NCBI RefSeq assembly: GCF_053078305.1
Contig: NZ_CP166879.1
Length of the DNA stretch: 64,000 nt
Direction: 5' to 3' (one strand)
The notes beneath the pieces were generated by a model. It was not told the DNA's origin and made no database searches. It saw only the letters and a program-made list of their open reading frames with translations. Position 1 is the first letter of the stretch. Each line of letters begins with the position of its first letter. The translations under genes were made by a program, and so were the position numbers. Below are positions 11,420 to 22,987 of this stretch, piece after piece.

Positions 11420-11427
11420 ATGCAGTT

Positions 11428-12336
11428 TTAACTTTGCAGATAGCCGCATTCTCGCCGGAATTGCGTGATTAATGACGCGGTCAGTGGTGTCTGGCGACTA
11501 TCACGCCGCTGAATCAAATAATAGGCCGCTTTCGGTAAAATTTCGCTAACCGGCAACATCACCAGCCCCTGTCCGTGCAAGGGATCGCAGCCCATTTCTT
11601 CAGGCAGTATGCTGAGAAAATCGCTTTTTGCCACCAGACTGATACAGGCTGAGAACGTCTCGCAGACTACACCGACCTGTGGCGTTTGCGCCTGATCGTC
11701 AAGCAATTCACTCAACTGTTTGTAGTAGCTGCCGTGTGGCGTCGGCATTGTCCAGCTGTAATCCAGTAACTGTTTGATCGAACGGGCACCAATGGCGGGG
11801 TGTCCCGGGCGGCAAAAGATCGCGAATTGCTTTTCCAGTAATTTCTCAAAAGTAAATTCGTGGTCGTACGGTCCCTGATAATAGGTATTGATGGTGAAAT
11901 CCAATTCTCCCTGACGCAATTCATTAATCATCGACACCAGTTGCCCTTCCATAATGCGTACTTTTACCTGCGGATGCTGCTGATGAAAACGAGATATGAC
12001 AGCTGGCATCAGACTGCGGGAAATACTGGCCCCCATGCCGATATTAATCTGCCCTGCCAGTTGCCCTTGTCGTTGGCGAATATCCTCTTGGGCTGCGCGC
12101 AGCTCTTCAAGAATAAGACTGGCGTGCTGATAAAAACTTTCACCGGCATCAGTTAACGTCACGCCTTTACTACGGCGAAAAAAGAGTTGCGCCGCTAACC
12201 CTTCTTCCAGCTCCTGAATAGATTTACTCAGTGCCGGTTGCGACATATTCAACATTCGGCTCGCTCCGCGAATGCTGCCCTGACGAGCCACTTCAACAAA
12301 AGCCCGAATTTGATGAATTTTTACCTGAAAAGCCAT
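11428..12336 (-). CDS. abgR: LysR-family transcriptional regulator AbgR, 302 aa
   Basis: N-terminal LysR HTH (IRGASRMLNMSQPALSKSIQELE). Divergent from abgA. Confidence 0.9.
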   Translation of the reverse strand: MAFQVKIHQIRAFVEVARQGSIRGASRMLNMSQPALSKSIQELEEGLAAQLFFRRSKGVTLTDAGESFYQHASLILEELRAAQEDIRQRQGQLAGQINIGMGASISRSLMPAVISRFHQQHPQVKVRIMEGQLVSMINELRQGELDFTINTYYQGPYDHEFTFEKLLEKQFAIFCRPGHPAIGARSIKQLLDYSWTMPTPHGSYYKQLSELLDDQAQTPQVGVVCETFSACISLVAKSDFLSILPEEMGCDPLHGQGLVMLPVSEILPKAAYYLIQRRDSRQTPLTASLITQFRRECGYLQS

Positions 12337-12511
12337 GACGCCACCGATAACCGTTATTTATCAGACCAAAGAAACTGGCATCTACTTTAATGCAGATGAT
12401 TGTGTCAGGGTAATTTATGAACGGTTAAAACTGTGAAAAATCAGTTAGTGATAAGTAAAAACTATCGCTACGTGAACCGGGTCACACTTTTTACTGATGA
12501 CGGGAAAGGTT

Positions 12512-13822
12512 ATGGAGTCTTTGAATCAATTTGTTAATTCGCTTGCCCCAAAATTATCGCACTGGCGACGTGATTTTCATCACTATGCAGAGTCTGGCTG
12601 GGTGGAATTCCGCACTGCCACCCTTGTTGCGGAAGAATTGCAGCAGCTCGGCTATTCACTGGCGCTGGGCCGCGAAGTAGTTAATGAAAGTAGCCGGATG
12701 GGACTACCTGATGAACTCACTCTACAACGCGAATTCGAGCGCGCTCGTCAACAGGGTGCGCTAGCACAATGGATTGCGGCTTTTGAAGGTGGTTTCACTG
12801 GTATCGTCGCCACCCTGGATACCGGTCGCCCCGGTCCGGTGATGGCTTTCCGTGTCGATATGGACGCGCTGGATCTCAGTGAAGAGCAGGATGTCAGCCA
12901 TCGCCCCTACCGCGACGGTTTTGCGTCATGTAACGCCGGAATGATGCATGCCTGTGGTCATGATGGGCATACCGCCATTGGGCTTGGGCTGGCGCATACC
13001 CTTAAACAGTTCGAGTCCGGACTACATGGCATCATCAAACTGATTTTTCAACCTGCAGAAGAAGGTACGCGTGGCGCGCGGGCGATGGTCGATGCAGGTG
13101 TAGTGGATGATGTTGATTATTTTACTGCCGTGCACATTGGCACTGGCGTACCTGCGGGCACCGTGGTGTGCGGCAGTGATAATTTTATGGCAACCACCAA
13201 ATTTGACGCGCACTTCACCGGGACCGCCGCTCACGCAGGCGCAAAACCAGAAGACGGTCACAATGCCTTGTTGGCGGCAGCACAAGCAACTCTTGCACTG
13301 CATGCAATCGCCCCGCACAGCGAAGGCGCTTCCAGAGTAAACGTGGGCGTTATGCAGGCAGGAAGCGGTCGTAATGTTGTTCCTGCCTCGGCGTTGCTGA
13401 AAGTGGAAACACGCGGGGCCAGCGACGTCATTAATCAATATGTTTTTGACCGTGCTCAGCAAGCGATTCAGGGCGCAGCAACCATGTATGGTGTCGGCGT
13501 TGAAACTCGTCTGATGGGTGCAGCTACCGCCAGTTCTCCTTCGCCGCAATGGGTCGCATGGTTGCAAAGTCAGGCGGCTCAGGTAGCGGGGGTCAATCAG
13601 GCCATTGAACGTGTTGAAGCGCCTGCGGGTTCCGAAGATGCCACATTAATGATGGCCCGCGTGCAGCAACATCAAGGGCAAGCCTCCTACATGGTGTTTG
13701 GCACACAGCTGGCGGCAGGTCATCACAACGAAAAATTCGATTTTGACGAGCAGGTTCTCGCTATTGCCGTCGAAACGCTGGCGCGCACCGCGCTCAATTT
13801 TCCCTGGACGCGAGGTATCTGA
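12512..13822 (+). CDS. abgA: p-Aminobenzoyl-glutamate hydrolase subunit A (M20 peptidase family), 436 aa
   Basis: M20 metallopeptidase motifs. Start at MESLNQ with GGGAAAGG upstream. The stop overlaps the abgB start (TGATG). Confidence 0.85.
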   Translation: MESLNQFVNSLAPKLSHWRRDFHHYAESGWVEFRTATLVAEELQQLGYSLALGREVVNESSRMGLPDELTLQREFERARQQGALAQWIAAFEGGFTGIVATLDTGRPGPVMAFRVDMDALDLSEEQDVSHRPYRDGFASCNAGMMHACGHDGHTAIGLGLAHTLKQFESGLHGIIKLIFQPAEEGTRGARAMVDAGVVDDVDYFTAVHIGTGVPAGTVVCGSDNFMATTKFDAHFTGTAAHAGAKPEDGHNALLAAAQATLALHAIAPHSEGASRVNVGVMQAGSGRNVVPASALLKVETRGASDVINQYVFDRAQQAIQGAATMYGVGVETRLMGAATASSPSPQWVAWLQSQAAQVAGVNQAIERVEAPAGSEDATLMMARVQQHQGQASYMVFGTQLAAGHHNEKFDFDEQVLAIAVETLARTALNFPWTRGI

Positions 13823-15267
13823 TGCAGGAAATCTATCGTTTTATCGACGATGCGATTGAAGCCGATCGCCAACGTTATACCGATATTGCCGATCAAATCT
13901 GGGATCATCCAGAAACACGTTTTGAAGAGTTCTGGTCAGCGGAGCATCTGGCTTCGGCGCTGGAATCAGCAGGCTTCACCGTTACCCGCAACGTAGGCAA
14001 TATCCCAAATGCCTTTATTGCTTCGTTTGGTCAAGGCAAACCGGTTATCGCCCTGCTGGGAGAATATGACGCCCTGGCAGGTTTAAGTCAGCAAGCTGGT
14101 TGCGCGCAACCTACATCCGTGACGCCCGGTGAGAATGGTCACGGTTGCGGACACAATTTGCTGGGAACCGCCGCCTTTGCCGCTGCAATAGCCGTCAAGA
14201 AATGGCTGGAACAATATGGGCAAGGCGGCACGGTGCGCTTTTATGGTTGTCCTGGCGAAGAAGGCGGCTCGGGTAAAACGTTCATGGTCCGCGAGGGGGT
14301 ATTTGATGATGTGGATGCGGCACTCACCTGGCACCCGGAAGCCTTTGCCGGTATGTTCAATACCCGTACGCTGGCAAACATTCAGGCATCATGGCGCTTT
14401 AAAGGGATCGCAGCACATGCCGCGAATTCCCCTCATTTGGGACGCAGCGCCCTTGATGCCGTAACGTTGATGACCACTGGCACCAACTTCCTCAACGAAC
14501 ATATTATTGAAAAAGCGCGCGTACACTATGCCATCACAAATAGTGGCGGGATCTCGCCCAACGTGGTCCAGGCGCAGGCAGAAGTGCTTTATCTTATCCG
14601 CGCCCCCGAAATGACCGACGTGCAGCATATTTATGATCGAGTCGCCAAAATCGCCGAAGGTGCGGCATTGATGACCGAAACCACGGTTGAATGCCGCTTC
14701 GACAAAGCCTGTTCCAGTTATCTCCCGAATCGCACCTTAGAAAATGCCATGTACCAGGCCCTATCCCATTTTGGTACCCCGGAATGGAACTCCGAAGAAC
14801 TGGCTTTTGCGAAACAAATTCAGGCTACGCTCACCCCCAACGATCGGCAAAACAGTCTGAATAATATCGCCGCAACCGGTGGCGAAAACGGCAAGGCTTT
14901 TGCACTACGTCATCGTGAAACGGTACTGGCCAATGAAGTCGCTCCATATGCCGCCACCGATAACGTGCTTGCGGCATCGACTGATGTCGGCGACGTCAGT
15001 TGGAAACTGCCTGTTGCTCAGTGTTTCAGCCCCTGTTTTGCCGTCGGTACACCGCTACATACGTGGCAACTGGTTAGCCAGGGGCGAACATCTATTGCTC
15101 ATAAAGGAATGCTGCTGGCGGCGAAAACTATGGCAGCAACCACACTCAATCTCTTCATTGATTCAGGGCTATTGCAAGAATGCCAACAAGAGCATCAGCA
15201 AGTTACGGACACGCAACCGTATCACTGCCCTATCTCGAAAAACGTGACACCGTCACCTTTAAAATAA
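13822..15267 (+). CDS. abgB: p-Aminobenzoyl-glutamate hydrolase subunit B (M20 family), 481 aa
   Basis: M20 family sequence. Translationally coupled to abgA. Confidence 0.9.
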   Translation: MQEIYRFIDDAIEADRQRYTDIADQIWDHPETRFEEFWSAEHLASALESAGFTVTRNVGNIPNAFIASFGQGKPVIALLGEYDALAGLSQQAGCAQPTSVTPGENGHGCGHNLLGTAAFAAAIAVKKWLEQYGQGGTVRFYGCPGEEGGSGKTFMVREGVFDDVDAALTWHPEAFAGMFNTRTLANIQASWRFKGIAAHAANSPHLGRSALDAVTLMTTGTNFLNEHIIEKARVHYAITNSGGISPNVVQAQAEVLYLIRAPEMTDVQHIYDRVAKIAEGAALMTETTVECRFDKACSSYLPNRTLENAMYQALSHFGTPEWNSEELAFAKQIQATLTPNDRQNSLNNIAATGGENGKAFALRHRETVLANEVAPYAATDNVLAASTDVGDVSWKLPVAQCFSPCFAVGTPLHTWQLVSQGRTSIAHKGMLLAAKTMAATTLNLFIDSGLLQECQQEHQQVTDTQPYHCPISKNVTPSPLK

Positions 15268-15303
15268 CAACAACAACGCAAACACAACAACCGAGGAATG
15301 CCC

Positions 15304-16830
15304 ATGAGTATGTCATCCATACCGTCGTCCTCCCAATCCGGGAAGCTCTATGGCTGGGTCGAAAGAATTGGTAACAAGGTTCCCCATCCTTTTTTGCTCT
15401 TTATCTATTTGATTATCGTACTCATGGTGACGACGGCAATTTTGTCGGCCTTTGGCGTCAGTGCGAAAAACCCGACCGATGGTACGCCGGTGGTGGTGAA
15501 AAACCTGCTCAGTGTGGAAGGATTACACTGGTTTTTACCCAATGTTATTAAAAACTTTAGCGGTTTTGCTCCACTTGGTGCGATCCTGGCGCTGGTTTTA
15601 GGTGCCGGTCTGGCGGAGCGCGTCGGCTTACTGCCAGCACTAATGGTTAAAATGGCATCGCATGTTAATGCCCGCTACGCCAGTTATATGGTGCTGTTTA
15701 TTGCTTTTTTCAGCCACATTTCTTCCGATGCGGCGTTAGTGATCATGCCACCGATGGGTGCGCTGATTTTTCTGGCGGTGGGCAGGCATCCAGTTGCAGG
15801 TTTACTGGCTGCCATTGCAGGCGTAGGTTGCGGCTTTACGGCTAATTTACTGATTGTCACAACCGACGTGTTGCTGTCGGGGATCAGCACGGAAGCGGCG
15901 GCTGCGTTCAATCCGCAAATGCACGTCAGTGTAATTGATAACTGGTATTTTATGGCCAGCTCCGTAGTCGTACTGACGATTGTTGGCGGCCTGATAACCG
16001 ACAAAATCATCGAGCCACGGTTAGGTCAATGGCAGGGAAACAGCGATGAGAAACTGCAGACATTGACCGAAAGTCAGCGTTTTGGTTTACGCATAGCAGG
16101 TGTCGTATCGCTACTTTTTATTGCTGCGATTGCGCTGATGGTGATCCCGGAAAACGGGATATTGCGCGATCCGATTAATCACACCGTGATGCCATCACCC
16201 TTTATTAAAGGTATCGTGCCACTGATCATTCTTTTTTTCTTTGTTGTCTCGCTGGCTTATGGCATCGCTACCCGCACAATTCGACGTCAGGCGGATTTAC
16301 CGCATTTAATGATTGAACCGATGAAAGAGATGGCGGGATTTATCGTGATGGTTTTTCCCCTCGCCCAGTTTGTCGCCATGTTTAACTGGAGCAACATGGG
16401 GAAATTCATCGCCGTGGGGCTGACCGATATACTGGAAAGTTCAGGGCTTAGCGGCATCCCGGCGTTTGTCGGTCTGGCGTTGCTTTCCTCTTTCTTATGC
16501 ATGTTTATCGCCAGCGGTTCCGCAATCTGGTCGATTCTGGCCCCCATTTTCGTACCAATGTTTATGCTACTTGGCTTTCACCCGGCATTTGCGCAAATCC
16601 TCTTTCGTATTGCCGACTCATCCGTATTGCCTTTAGCGCCAGTATCTCCTTTTGTTCCACTGTTTCTTGGATTCCTGCAACGCTACAAACCAGACGCGAA
16701 ACTGGGTACTTACTATTCGTTAGTCTTGCCCTATCCGCTTATCTTTTTGGTGGTATGGCTGCTGATGTTGCTGGCGTGGTATCTTGTTGGTCTGCCGATA
16801 GGTCCGGGGATTTACCCACGTTTGTCTTAA
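15304..16830 (+). CDS. abgT: p-Aminobenzoyl-glutamate transporter AbgT, 508 aa
   Basis: Polytopic membrane protein of the AbgT family. GAGGA Shine-Dalgarno precedes the ATG at 15304. Confidence 0.85.
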   Translation: MSMSSIPSSSQSGKLYGWVERIGNKVPHPFLLFIYLIIVLMVTTAILSAFGVSAKNPTDGTPVVVKNLLSVEGLHWFLPNVIKNFSGFAPLGAILALVLGAGLAERVGLLPALMVKMASHVNARYASYMVLFIAFFSHISSDAALVIMPPMGALIFLAVGRHPVAGLLAAIAGVGCGFTANLLIVTTDVLLSGISTEAAAAFNPQMHVSVIDNWYFMASSVVVLTIVGGLITDKIIEPRLGQWQGNSDEKLQTLTESQRFGLRIAGVVSLLFIAAIALMVIPENGILRDPINHTVMPSPFIKGIVPLIILFFFVVSLAYGIATRTIRRQADLPHLMIEPMKEMAGFIVMVFPLAQFVAMFNWSNMGKFIAVGLTDILESSGLSGIPAFVGLALLSSFLCMFIASGSAIWSILAPIFVPMFMLLGFHPAFAQILFRIADSSVLPLAPVSPFVPLFLGFLQRYKPDAKLGTYYSLVLPYPLIFLVVWLLMLLAWYLVGLPIGPGIYPRLS

Positions 16831-16840
16831 GAGAGAACGG

Positions 16841-17356
16841 ATGCTGAGATTACTTGAAGAAAAAATTGCCACGCCACTGGGTCCACTGTGGGTGATTTGC
16901 GATGAGCAATTTCGTCTGCGGGCGGTTGAATGGGAAGAGTACAGCGAACGCATGGTGCAGCTGCTGGACATCCATTATCGCAAAGAAGGCTATGAGCGCA
17001 TTTCTGCCACCAACCCAGGCGGTTTAAGCGACAAGCTTCGTGATTATTTTGCCGGTAATCTTAGCATTATTGATACGCTTCCCACTGCCACAGGGGGGAC
17101 GCCATTTCAGCGCGAAGTCTGGAAAACACTACGCACTATCCCCTGCGGGCAGGTAATGCATTACGGCCAACTGGCTGAACAATTGGGCCGCCCTGGCGCG
17201 GCGCGTGCCGTTGGTGCGGCAAACGGATCGAATCCCATCAGCATCGTCGTACCTTGCCATCGGGTTATTGGCCGAAACGGCACCATGACCGGATATGCAG
17301 GCGGAGTTCAGCGAAAAGAGTGGTTATTGCGCCATGAAGGTTATCTTTTGCTGTAA
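16841..17356 (+). CDS. ogt: O6-methylguanine-DNA-protein-cysteine methyltransferase, 171 aa
   Basis: Active-site motif PCHRVIG. Confidence 0.9.
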   Translation: MLRLLEEKIATPLGPLWVICDEQFRLRAVEWEEYSERMVQLLDIHYRKEGYERISATNPGGLSDKLRDYFAGNLSIIDTLPTATGGTPFQREVWKTLRTIPCGQVMHYGQLAEQLGRPGAARAVGAANGSNPISIVVPCHRVIGRNGTMTGYAGGVQRKEWLLRHEGYLLL

Positions 17357-17403
17357 ACATTAAACAATTTGTGCCAGCTTGTTCACACTTTCATGTAAAG
17401 TTA

Positions 17404-17425
17404 CCCTTAACAACTTAAGGGTTTT
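17404..17425 (+). terminator. Candidate intrinsic terminator after ogt
   Basis: Hairpin cccttaa-caac-ttaaggg followed by tttt. Confidence 0.5.
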
Positions 17426-17517
17426 CAAATAGATAGACATATATTTACATCTAATATCGGAATTCTCTGCTGTTAAGGTTTGCTTAGACTTACTTGCTCC
17501 CTAAAAAGATGTTAAAA

Positions 17518-17531
17518 TTGACAAATATCAA
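17518..17531. promoter_or_regulatory. FNR autoregulatory binding site at the fnr promoter
   Basis: TTGAC-AAAT-ATCAA, a near-perfect match to the FNR consensus TTGAT-N4-ATCAA, just upstream of fnr. Confidence 0.7.
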
Positions 17532-17550
17532 TTACGGCTTGAGCAGACCT

Positions 17551-18303
17551 ATGATCCCGGAAAAGCGAATTATACGGCGCATTCAGTCTGGCGGTTGTGC
17601 TATCCATTGCCAGGATTGCAGCATCAGCCAGCTTTGCATCCCGTTCACACTCAACGAACATGAGCTTGATCAGCTTGATAATATCATTGAGCGGAAGAAG
17701 CCTATTCAGAAAGGCCAGACGCTGTTTAAGGCTGGTGATGAACTTAAATCGCTTTATGCCATCCGCTCCGGTACGATTAAAAGTTATACCATCACTGAGC
17801 AAGGCGACGAGCAAATCACTGGTTTCCATTTAGCAGGCGACCTGGTGGGATTTGACGCCATCGGCAGCGGCCATCACCCGAGCTTCGCGCAGGCGCTGGA
17901 AACCTCGATGGTATGTGAAATCCCGTTCGAAACGCTGGACGATTTGTCCGGTAAAATGCCGAATCTGCGTCAGCAGATGATGCGTCTGATGAGCGGTGAA
18001 ATCAAAGGCGATCAGGACATGATCCTGCTGTTGTCGAAGAAAAATGCCGAGGAACGTCTGGCTGCATTCATCTACAACCTGTCCCGTCGTTTTGCCCAAC
18101 GCGGCTTCTCCCCTCGTGAATTCCGCCTGACGATGACTCGTGGCGATATCGGTAACTATCTGGGCCTGACGGTAGAAACCATCAGCCGTCTGCTGGGTCG
18201 CTTCCAGAAAAGCGGTATGCTGGCAGTCAAAGGTAAATACATCACCATCGAAAATAACGATGCGCTGGCCCAGCTTGCTGGTCATACGCGTAACGTTGCC
18301 TGA
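17551..18303 (+). CDS. fnr: Global anaerobic regulator FNR, 250 aa
   Basis: N-terminal Cys cluster ([16 protein letters not shown]), cNMP-binding fold and C-terminal HTH ([19 protein letters not shown]). Start at [10 protein letters not shown]. Confidence 0.95.
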
Positions 18304-18454
18304 TTTTTCCGCATAACTCACTATCCTTCTGTCATATCATTAAATTTTTCTGATTTATTGATCTGGCAGAAGGTTCATCACTGTTTCATTCACCAGATAT
18401 GGGTTAATCTTTTAATTACAAACTGCGTTGACAGTTGTTGTAAGGAGACCCTGT

Positions 18455-19405
18455 ATGGCTATGTATCAGAACATGCTCGTTGTTATCGATCCTAACCAGG
18501 ACGACCAACCAGCATTGCGGCGAGCTGTTTATTTACATCAACGGATTGGTGGCAAAATTAAAGCCTTTTTGCCGATCTATGACTTCTCATACGAAATGAC
18601 CACCCTGCTCTCCCCGGACGAACGTACCGCTATGCGTCAGGGCGTCATCAGCCAGCGTACAGCCTGGATCCACGAGCAGGCAAAATATTATCTCAATGCT
18701 GGCGTTCCCATTGAAATTAAAGTGGTCTGGCATAACCGTCCTTTCGAAGCCATCATTCAGGAAGTGATCAGCGGCGGGCACGATTTGGTGCTAAAAATGG
18801 CGCACCAACATGACCGTCTGGAAGCGGTGATTTTTACGCCAACGGACTGGCATCTGTTACGCAAATGCCCAAGCCCGGTGTGGATGGTGAAAGACCAGCC
18901 GTGGCCGGAAGGAGGTAAGGCGCTGGTGGCGGTGAATCTCGCCAGTGAAGAGCCGTATCATAATGCGCTCAATGAAAAACTGGTCAAAGAGACGATCGAA
19001 CTGGCAGAACAAGTCAACCATACCGAAGTTCATCTGGTTGGCGCTTACCCAGTAACGCCAATTAATATCGCGATTGAACTGCCGGAATTTGATCCGAGCG
19101 TTTATAACGATGCCATTCGTGGGCAACATTTGCTGGCAATGAAAGCTCTGCGGCAGAAATTCGGCATTAATGAAAACATGACGCACGTAGAAAAAGGTCT
19201 GCCAGAAGAGGTGATTCCTGATTTGGCGGAGCACTTACAGGCGGGGATTGTGGTTCTGGGCACGGTAGGACGCACCGGTATTTCAGCAGCATTCCTCGGC
19301 AACACGGCGGAACAGGTGATTGATCATCTTCGCTGCGATCTGTTGGTCATTAAACCTGACCAGTATCAGACACCCGTTGAACTGGATGACGAAGAAGACG
19401 ATTAA
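18455..19405 (+). CDS. uspE: Universal stress protein E (tandem Usp domains), 316 aa
   Basis: Two Usp domains. AGGAGA Shine-Dalgarno precedes the ATG at 18455 ([10 protein letters not shown]). Confidence 0.85.
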   Translation: MAMYQNMLVVIDPNQDDQPALRRAVYLHQRIGGKIKAFLPIYDFSYEMTTLLSPDERTAMRQGVISQRTAWIHEQAKYYLNAGVPIEIKVVWHNRPFEAIIQEVISGGHDLVLKMAHQHDRLEAVIFTPTDWHLLRKCPSPVWMVKDQPWPEGGKALVAVNLASEEPYHNALNEKLVKETIELAEQVNHTEVHLVGAYPVTPINIAIELPEFDPSVYNDAIRGQHLLAMKALRQKFGINENMTHVEKGLPEEVIPDLAEHLQAGIVVLGTVGRTGISAAFLGNTAEQVIDHLRCDLLVIKPDQYQTPVELDDEEDD

Positions 19406-19454
19406 CGACTCTTCAATAACTGACAAGGCCCGAGTTATCGGGCCTATTTTTTAC

Positions 19455-19712
19455 TTACTGCTCTTCGCCGCCAAGGAAATAAATTCCCAACGGGATTGCC
19501 AGCAACACAGTAAAGACCAGGCTATAAACAAAAATCATCGATGACTGAATCACATACATTGATGTCGTCCACTCAGACAGCGGAATATTGTACTGTTCTA
19601 TAACGCCGCCGATAGTCGCGCGAGTCACAACCGACGCCGCAATAATGAAAACCGCCAACAAACCAAAGAGAAATTTCTTCCCTTTCGCTGACTTCAGTTT
19701 CGCCATAATCAT
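19455..19712 (-). CDS. ynaJ: Small inner-membrane protein YnaJ, 85 aa
   Basis: Two predicted transmembrane helices. Length matches K-12. Confidence 0.8.
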   Translation of the reverse strand: MIMAKLKSAKGKKFLFGLLAVFIIAASVVTRATIGGVIEQYNIPLSEWTTSMYVIQSSMIFVYSLVFTVLLAIPLGIYFLGGEEQ

Positions 19713-19955
19713 GATGTAATCCTTGTGCAGACAAATTTCTTGTTACCTAAACGTAACAATACCATGACATTTCACCGTTGTCTGCTCTGAAAACCTCACC
19801 TCTTAGCTGGATTTACAATCAACGCATTGATTAGTTAGCTAATGTTGCTACTTCCTTCCCTGACTATTGATGATCTGAATGAATTGTCGCGGTAAAATAG
19901 CCCCGCCAGGGGTTTCCGGCATGACGACAATTATCTGGAGGAGCCTGATAAAACA

Positions 19956-20987
19956 ATGATCGCTGAACTGTTTACAAATAATGCGCTTAATCTGGTCATT
20001 ATTTTCGGTAGCTGCGCAGCATTGATTCTGATGAGCTTTTGGTTTCGCCGCGGAAATCGTAAAAGAAAAGGCTTTTTATTCCATGCGGTGCAATTTTTAA
20101 TCTACACCATAATTATCAGTGCTGTTGGTAGCATTATTAATTATGTTATAGAAAACTATAAACTCAAATTTATCACCCCAGGCGTTATCGATTTTATCTG
20201 TACGTCCCTGATTGCGGTTATTCTGACGATTAAGCTATTTTTGCTGATTAATCAGTTTGAAAAACAGCAGATTAAAAAAGGTCGCGATATCACCAGTGCG
20301 CGGATTATGTCGCGCATTATCAAAATCACCATTATTGTGGTGCTTGTTCTGCTTTATGGCGAACATTTCGGCATGAGCCTTTCTGGCTTGCTGACCTTTG
20401 GTGGTATTGGTGGTCTGGCTGTCGGTATGGCCGGTAAAGATATTCTGAGTAATTTCTTTTCCGGGATCATGCTCTATTTCGACCGTCCTTTCAGTATTGG
20501 CGACTGGATCCGTTCACCGGACAGAAATATCGAAGGTACAGTAGCGGAAATTGGCTGGCGAATTACCAAAATTACGACCTTTGATAATCGTCCATTGTAC
20601 GTACCGAACTCGCTGTTTTCGTCGATCAGCGTAGAAAACCCAGGACGAATGACCAACCGCCGCATTACCACGACCATTGGTTTACGTTATGAGGATGCGG
20701 CAAAAGTGGGCGTTATTGTCGAAGCCGTACGTGAGATGCTGAAAAATCACCCGGCCATCGACCAGCGACAAACCTTACTGGTTTATTTCAACCAGTTTGC
20801 TGACTCGTCATTGAATATTATGGTTTATTGCTTTACCAAAACCACGGTATGGGCTGAGTGGCTTGCTGCACAGCAAGACGTTTATTTGAAGATTATCGAT
20901 ATTGTACAGTCACACGGCGCGGACTTTGCCTTCCCCAGCCAGACGCTGTATATGGATAACATTACACCGTCGGAACAGGGTCGCTAA
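19956..20987 (+). CDS. ynaI: MscS-family mechanosensitive channel YnaI, 343 aa
   Basis: N-terminal transmembrane helices followed by an MscS beta domain. GGAGG Shine-Dalgarno upstream. Confidence 0.85.
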   Translation: MIAELFTNNALNLVIIFGSCAALILMSFWFRRGNRKRKGFLFHAVQFLIYTIIISAVGSIINYVIENYKLKFITPGVIDFICTSLIAVILTIKLFLLINQFEKQQIKKGRDITSARIMSRIIKITIIVVLVLLYGEHFGMSLSGLLTFGGIGGLAVGMAGKDILSNFFSGIMLYFDRPFSIGDWIRSPDRNIEGTVAEIGWRITKITTFDNRPLYVPNSLFSSISVENPGRMTNRRITTTIGLRYEDAAKVGVIVEAVREMLKNHPAIDQRQTLLVYFNQFADSSLNIMVYCFTKTTVWAEWLAAQQDVYLKIIDIVQSHGADFAFPSQTLYMDNITPSEQGR

Positions 20988-21037
20988 ATCAGACATCACT
21001 GGCGTTATCCGCAAGGGTAACGCCAGTTCCCATCACA

Positions 21038-22651
21038 TCAATGCTTCACAATATACATAGTCCGACTGTACGCCACATCTTCAGGGTTATTAATGGGATA
21101 ACCTTTCAGCCACGGTTTGATTAATCGTCCATTGGTATATTGATAAATTGGTGCAATCGGTGCTTGCTCCATGAGGATTTTTTCTGCCGCGTTGTAATCG
21201 GCATTACGCGCTTTAACGGTATTTTCCGTCGATGCCTGGACCAGAACTTTGTCGTATGCCGGATTGTAAAAGCGTGAAATATTTCCTGAATGCGTTGACG
21301 TTAATAATGTCAGGAAAGTGGAGGGTTCATTATAATCCCCCACCCATGAGGCGCGGATAACATCAAAATTGCCGGTGTTACGGCTATCGATATAGGTTTT
21401 CCATTCCTGATTTTGCAATTTAACATCTACGCCAAGGTTCTTTTTCCACATCGATGCTACAGCAATCGCAATTTTTTGATGGTTTTCTGAAGTGTTATAC
21501 AAAAGCGTCAGCTTCAGCGGTTTTTGCGGACCATAACCAGCTGCGCTCAACAAAGTTTTTGCCTGCGCATTCAGTTCTTCCTGACTCATTTGTTCAAACG
21601 GCGAAGGTTCCGGCGTAAATCCGGCGGTAACATCTGGTGTAAAATGCCACGCTGGCTTTTCGCCCGTCCCTAATACTTTTTCGGTCATCAGGCGGCGATC
21701 TATCGTCATACTTAATGCCAGACGAACGCGCTGATCTGCCGTCGGCCCTTTTTGCGTGTTAAACGCATAATAATAGGTCCCGAGCTGCGGCGGCGTATAA
21801 ACCTGCCCCGGAATATCCTTCAACAGCTTCTGATACATATTTTTCGGGAAGGATTCGGTGATATCAATATCCCCCGCGAGGTAACGCTTAGTGGCTGCGG
21901 ATTCCTGATTAATTGGCAGGAAGGTCACTTTTTGCAGTACCGTTTTGGCGTTATCCCAATAATGGGTATTCGGTACCACGACCAGTTTTTCATTGACTAC
22001 GCGCTCTTTAAGAACATAAGCGCCATTGCCGATCAGATTTCCGGGTTTCGTCCACTCTTTACCGCTTTCTACGTTGGCTTTTTGCACCGGGAAGAAGGCA
22101 AAGTTAGCGGTTAAATTCACAAACCACGGCAACGGTTTATCAAGCTGAATTTTCAAAGTATGGGCATCAACTGCGGTGACGCCAAGCTGGTCAGGCGTAG
22201 CTTTACCATCAATAATCGCCTGTGCGTTGTTGATTCCCGCCAGCGCGGCAAACCATGCAAATGGCGATAGCGTTTTCGGGTCCACCAGACGCTGCCAGCT
22301 GTAGACAAAATCTTGCGCCGTTACCGGTGTGCCATCCGCCCATTTTGCGTTATCGCGCAGGGTAAAAGTCCAGATACGGTTGTCATTACTTTTCCACTGA
22401 GTCGCAACGCCGGGGACAATCTCCCCTTTCTCGTTCTGATTCACCAGTCCTTCAAACAGATCGCGAATGACCTGAATCTCTGGCAGGCCCACGGCTTTAG
22501 CGGGATCCAGCGACGCAGGCTCATCTTTAATGTGGCGCACCAGCTCCTGCTTCTCTGCCAGTACTGTGCCGCTCGGAACTTCTGCAGCATACGAAAGAGA
22601 AATGCTGCTGACCAACAGCGCACAACACGTGACTGAAACAGAGTGCTTCAT
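21038..22651 (-). CDS. mppA: Periplasmic murein tripeptide-binding protein MppA (SBP family 5), 537 aa
   Basis: Signal peptide MKHSVSVTCCALLVSSISLSYA and an OppA-like fold. Start at MKHSV preceded by GAGGGAAA. Confidence 0.85.
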   Translation of the reverse strand: MKHSVSVTCCALLVSSISLSYAAEVPSGTVLAEKQELVRHIKDEPASLDPAKAVGLPEIQVIRDLFEGLVNQNEKGEIVPGVATQWKSNDNRIWTFTLRDNAKWADGTPVTAQDFVYSWQRLVDPKTLSPFAWFAALAGINNAQAIIDGKATPDQLGVTAVDAHTLKIQLDKPLPWFVNLTANFAFFPVQKANVESGKEWTKPGNLIGNGAYVLKERVVNEKLVVVPNTHYWDNAKTVLQKVTFLPINQESAATKRYLAGDIDITESFPKNMYQKLLKDIPGQVYTPPQLGTYYYAFNTQKGPTADQRVRLALSMTIDRRLMTEKVLGTGEKPAWHFTPDVTAGFTPEPSPFEQMSQEELNAQAKTLLSAAGYGPQKPLKLTLLYNTSENHQKIAIAVASMWKKNLGVDVKLQNQEWKTYIDSRNTGNFDVIRASWVGDYNEPSTFLTLLTSTHSGNISRFYNPAYDKVLVQASTENTVKARNADYNAAEKILMEQAPIAPIYQYTNGRLIKPWLKGYPINNPEDVAYSRTMYIVKH

Positions 22652-22987
22652 AAGTTTCCCTCTAACCGACATTAAAATTGATGCGTAATTATTTGTTTCG
22701 CCTTAAAGAAATGCAAACAACTTCCATCAAAAAAGTGACACAGGAAGCATAAAATGTTTTATGTATCAATATATTAAATCAGATTTAGTGTAAATAATAG
22801 ACGCCAAAATGCGGCAAAGCACATAGAACACCGAACACTACGTTCGGGCTTCGCACGTTCAAACCAGTTTTCGGTATCATAATCAGCATCTGTCGCCATT
22901 GTACGAAGAATAAAAAATAACCAAAACGTTGAAAGGAACTGAGAATACGTTAAGAGAAGAATTAAATTAATGTATCAGCAAGTAGTG

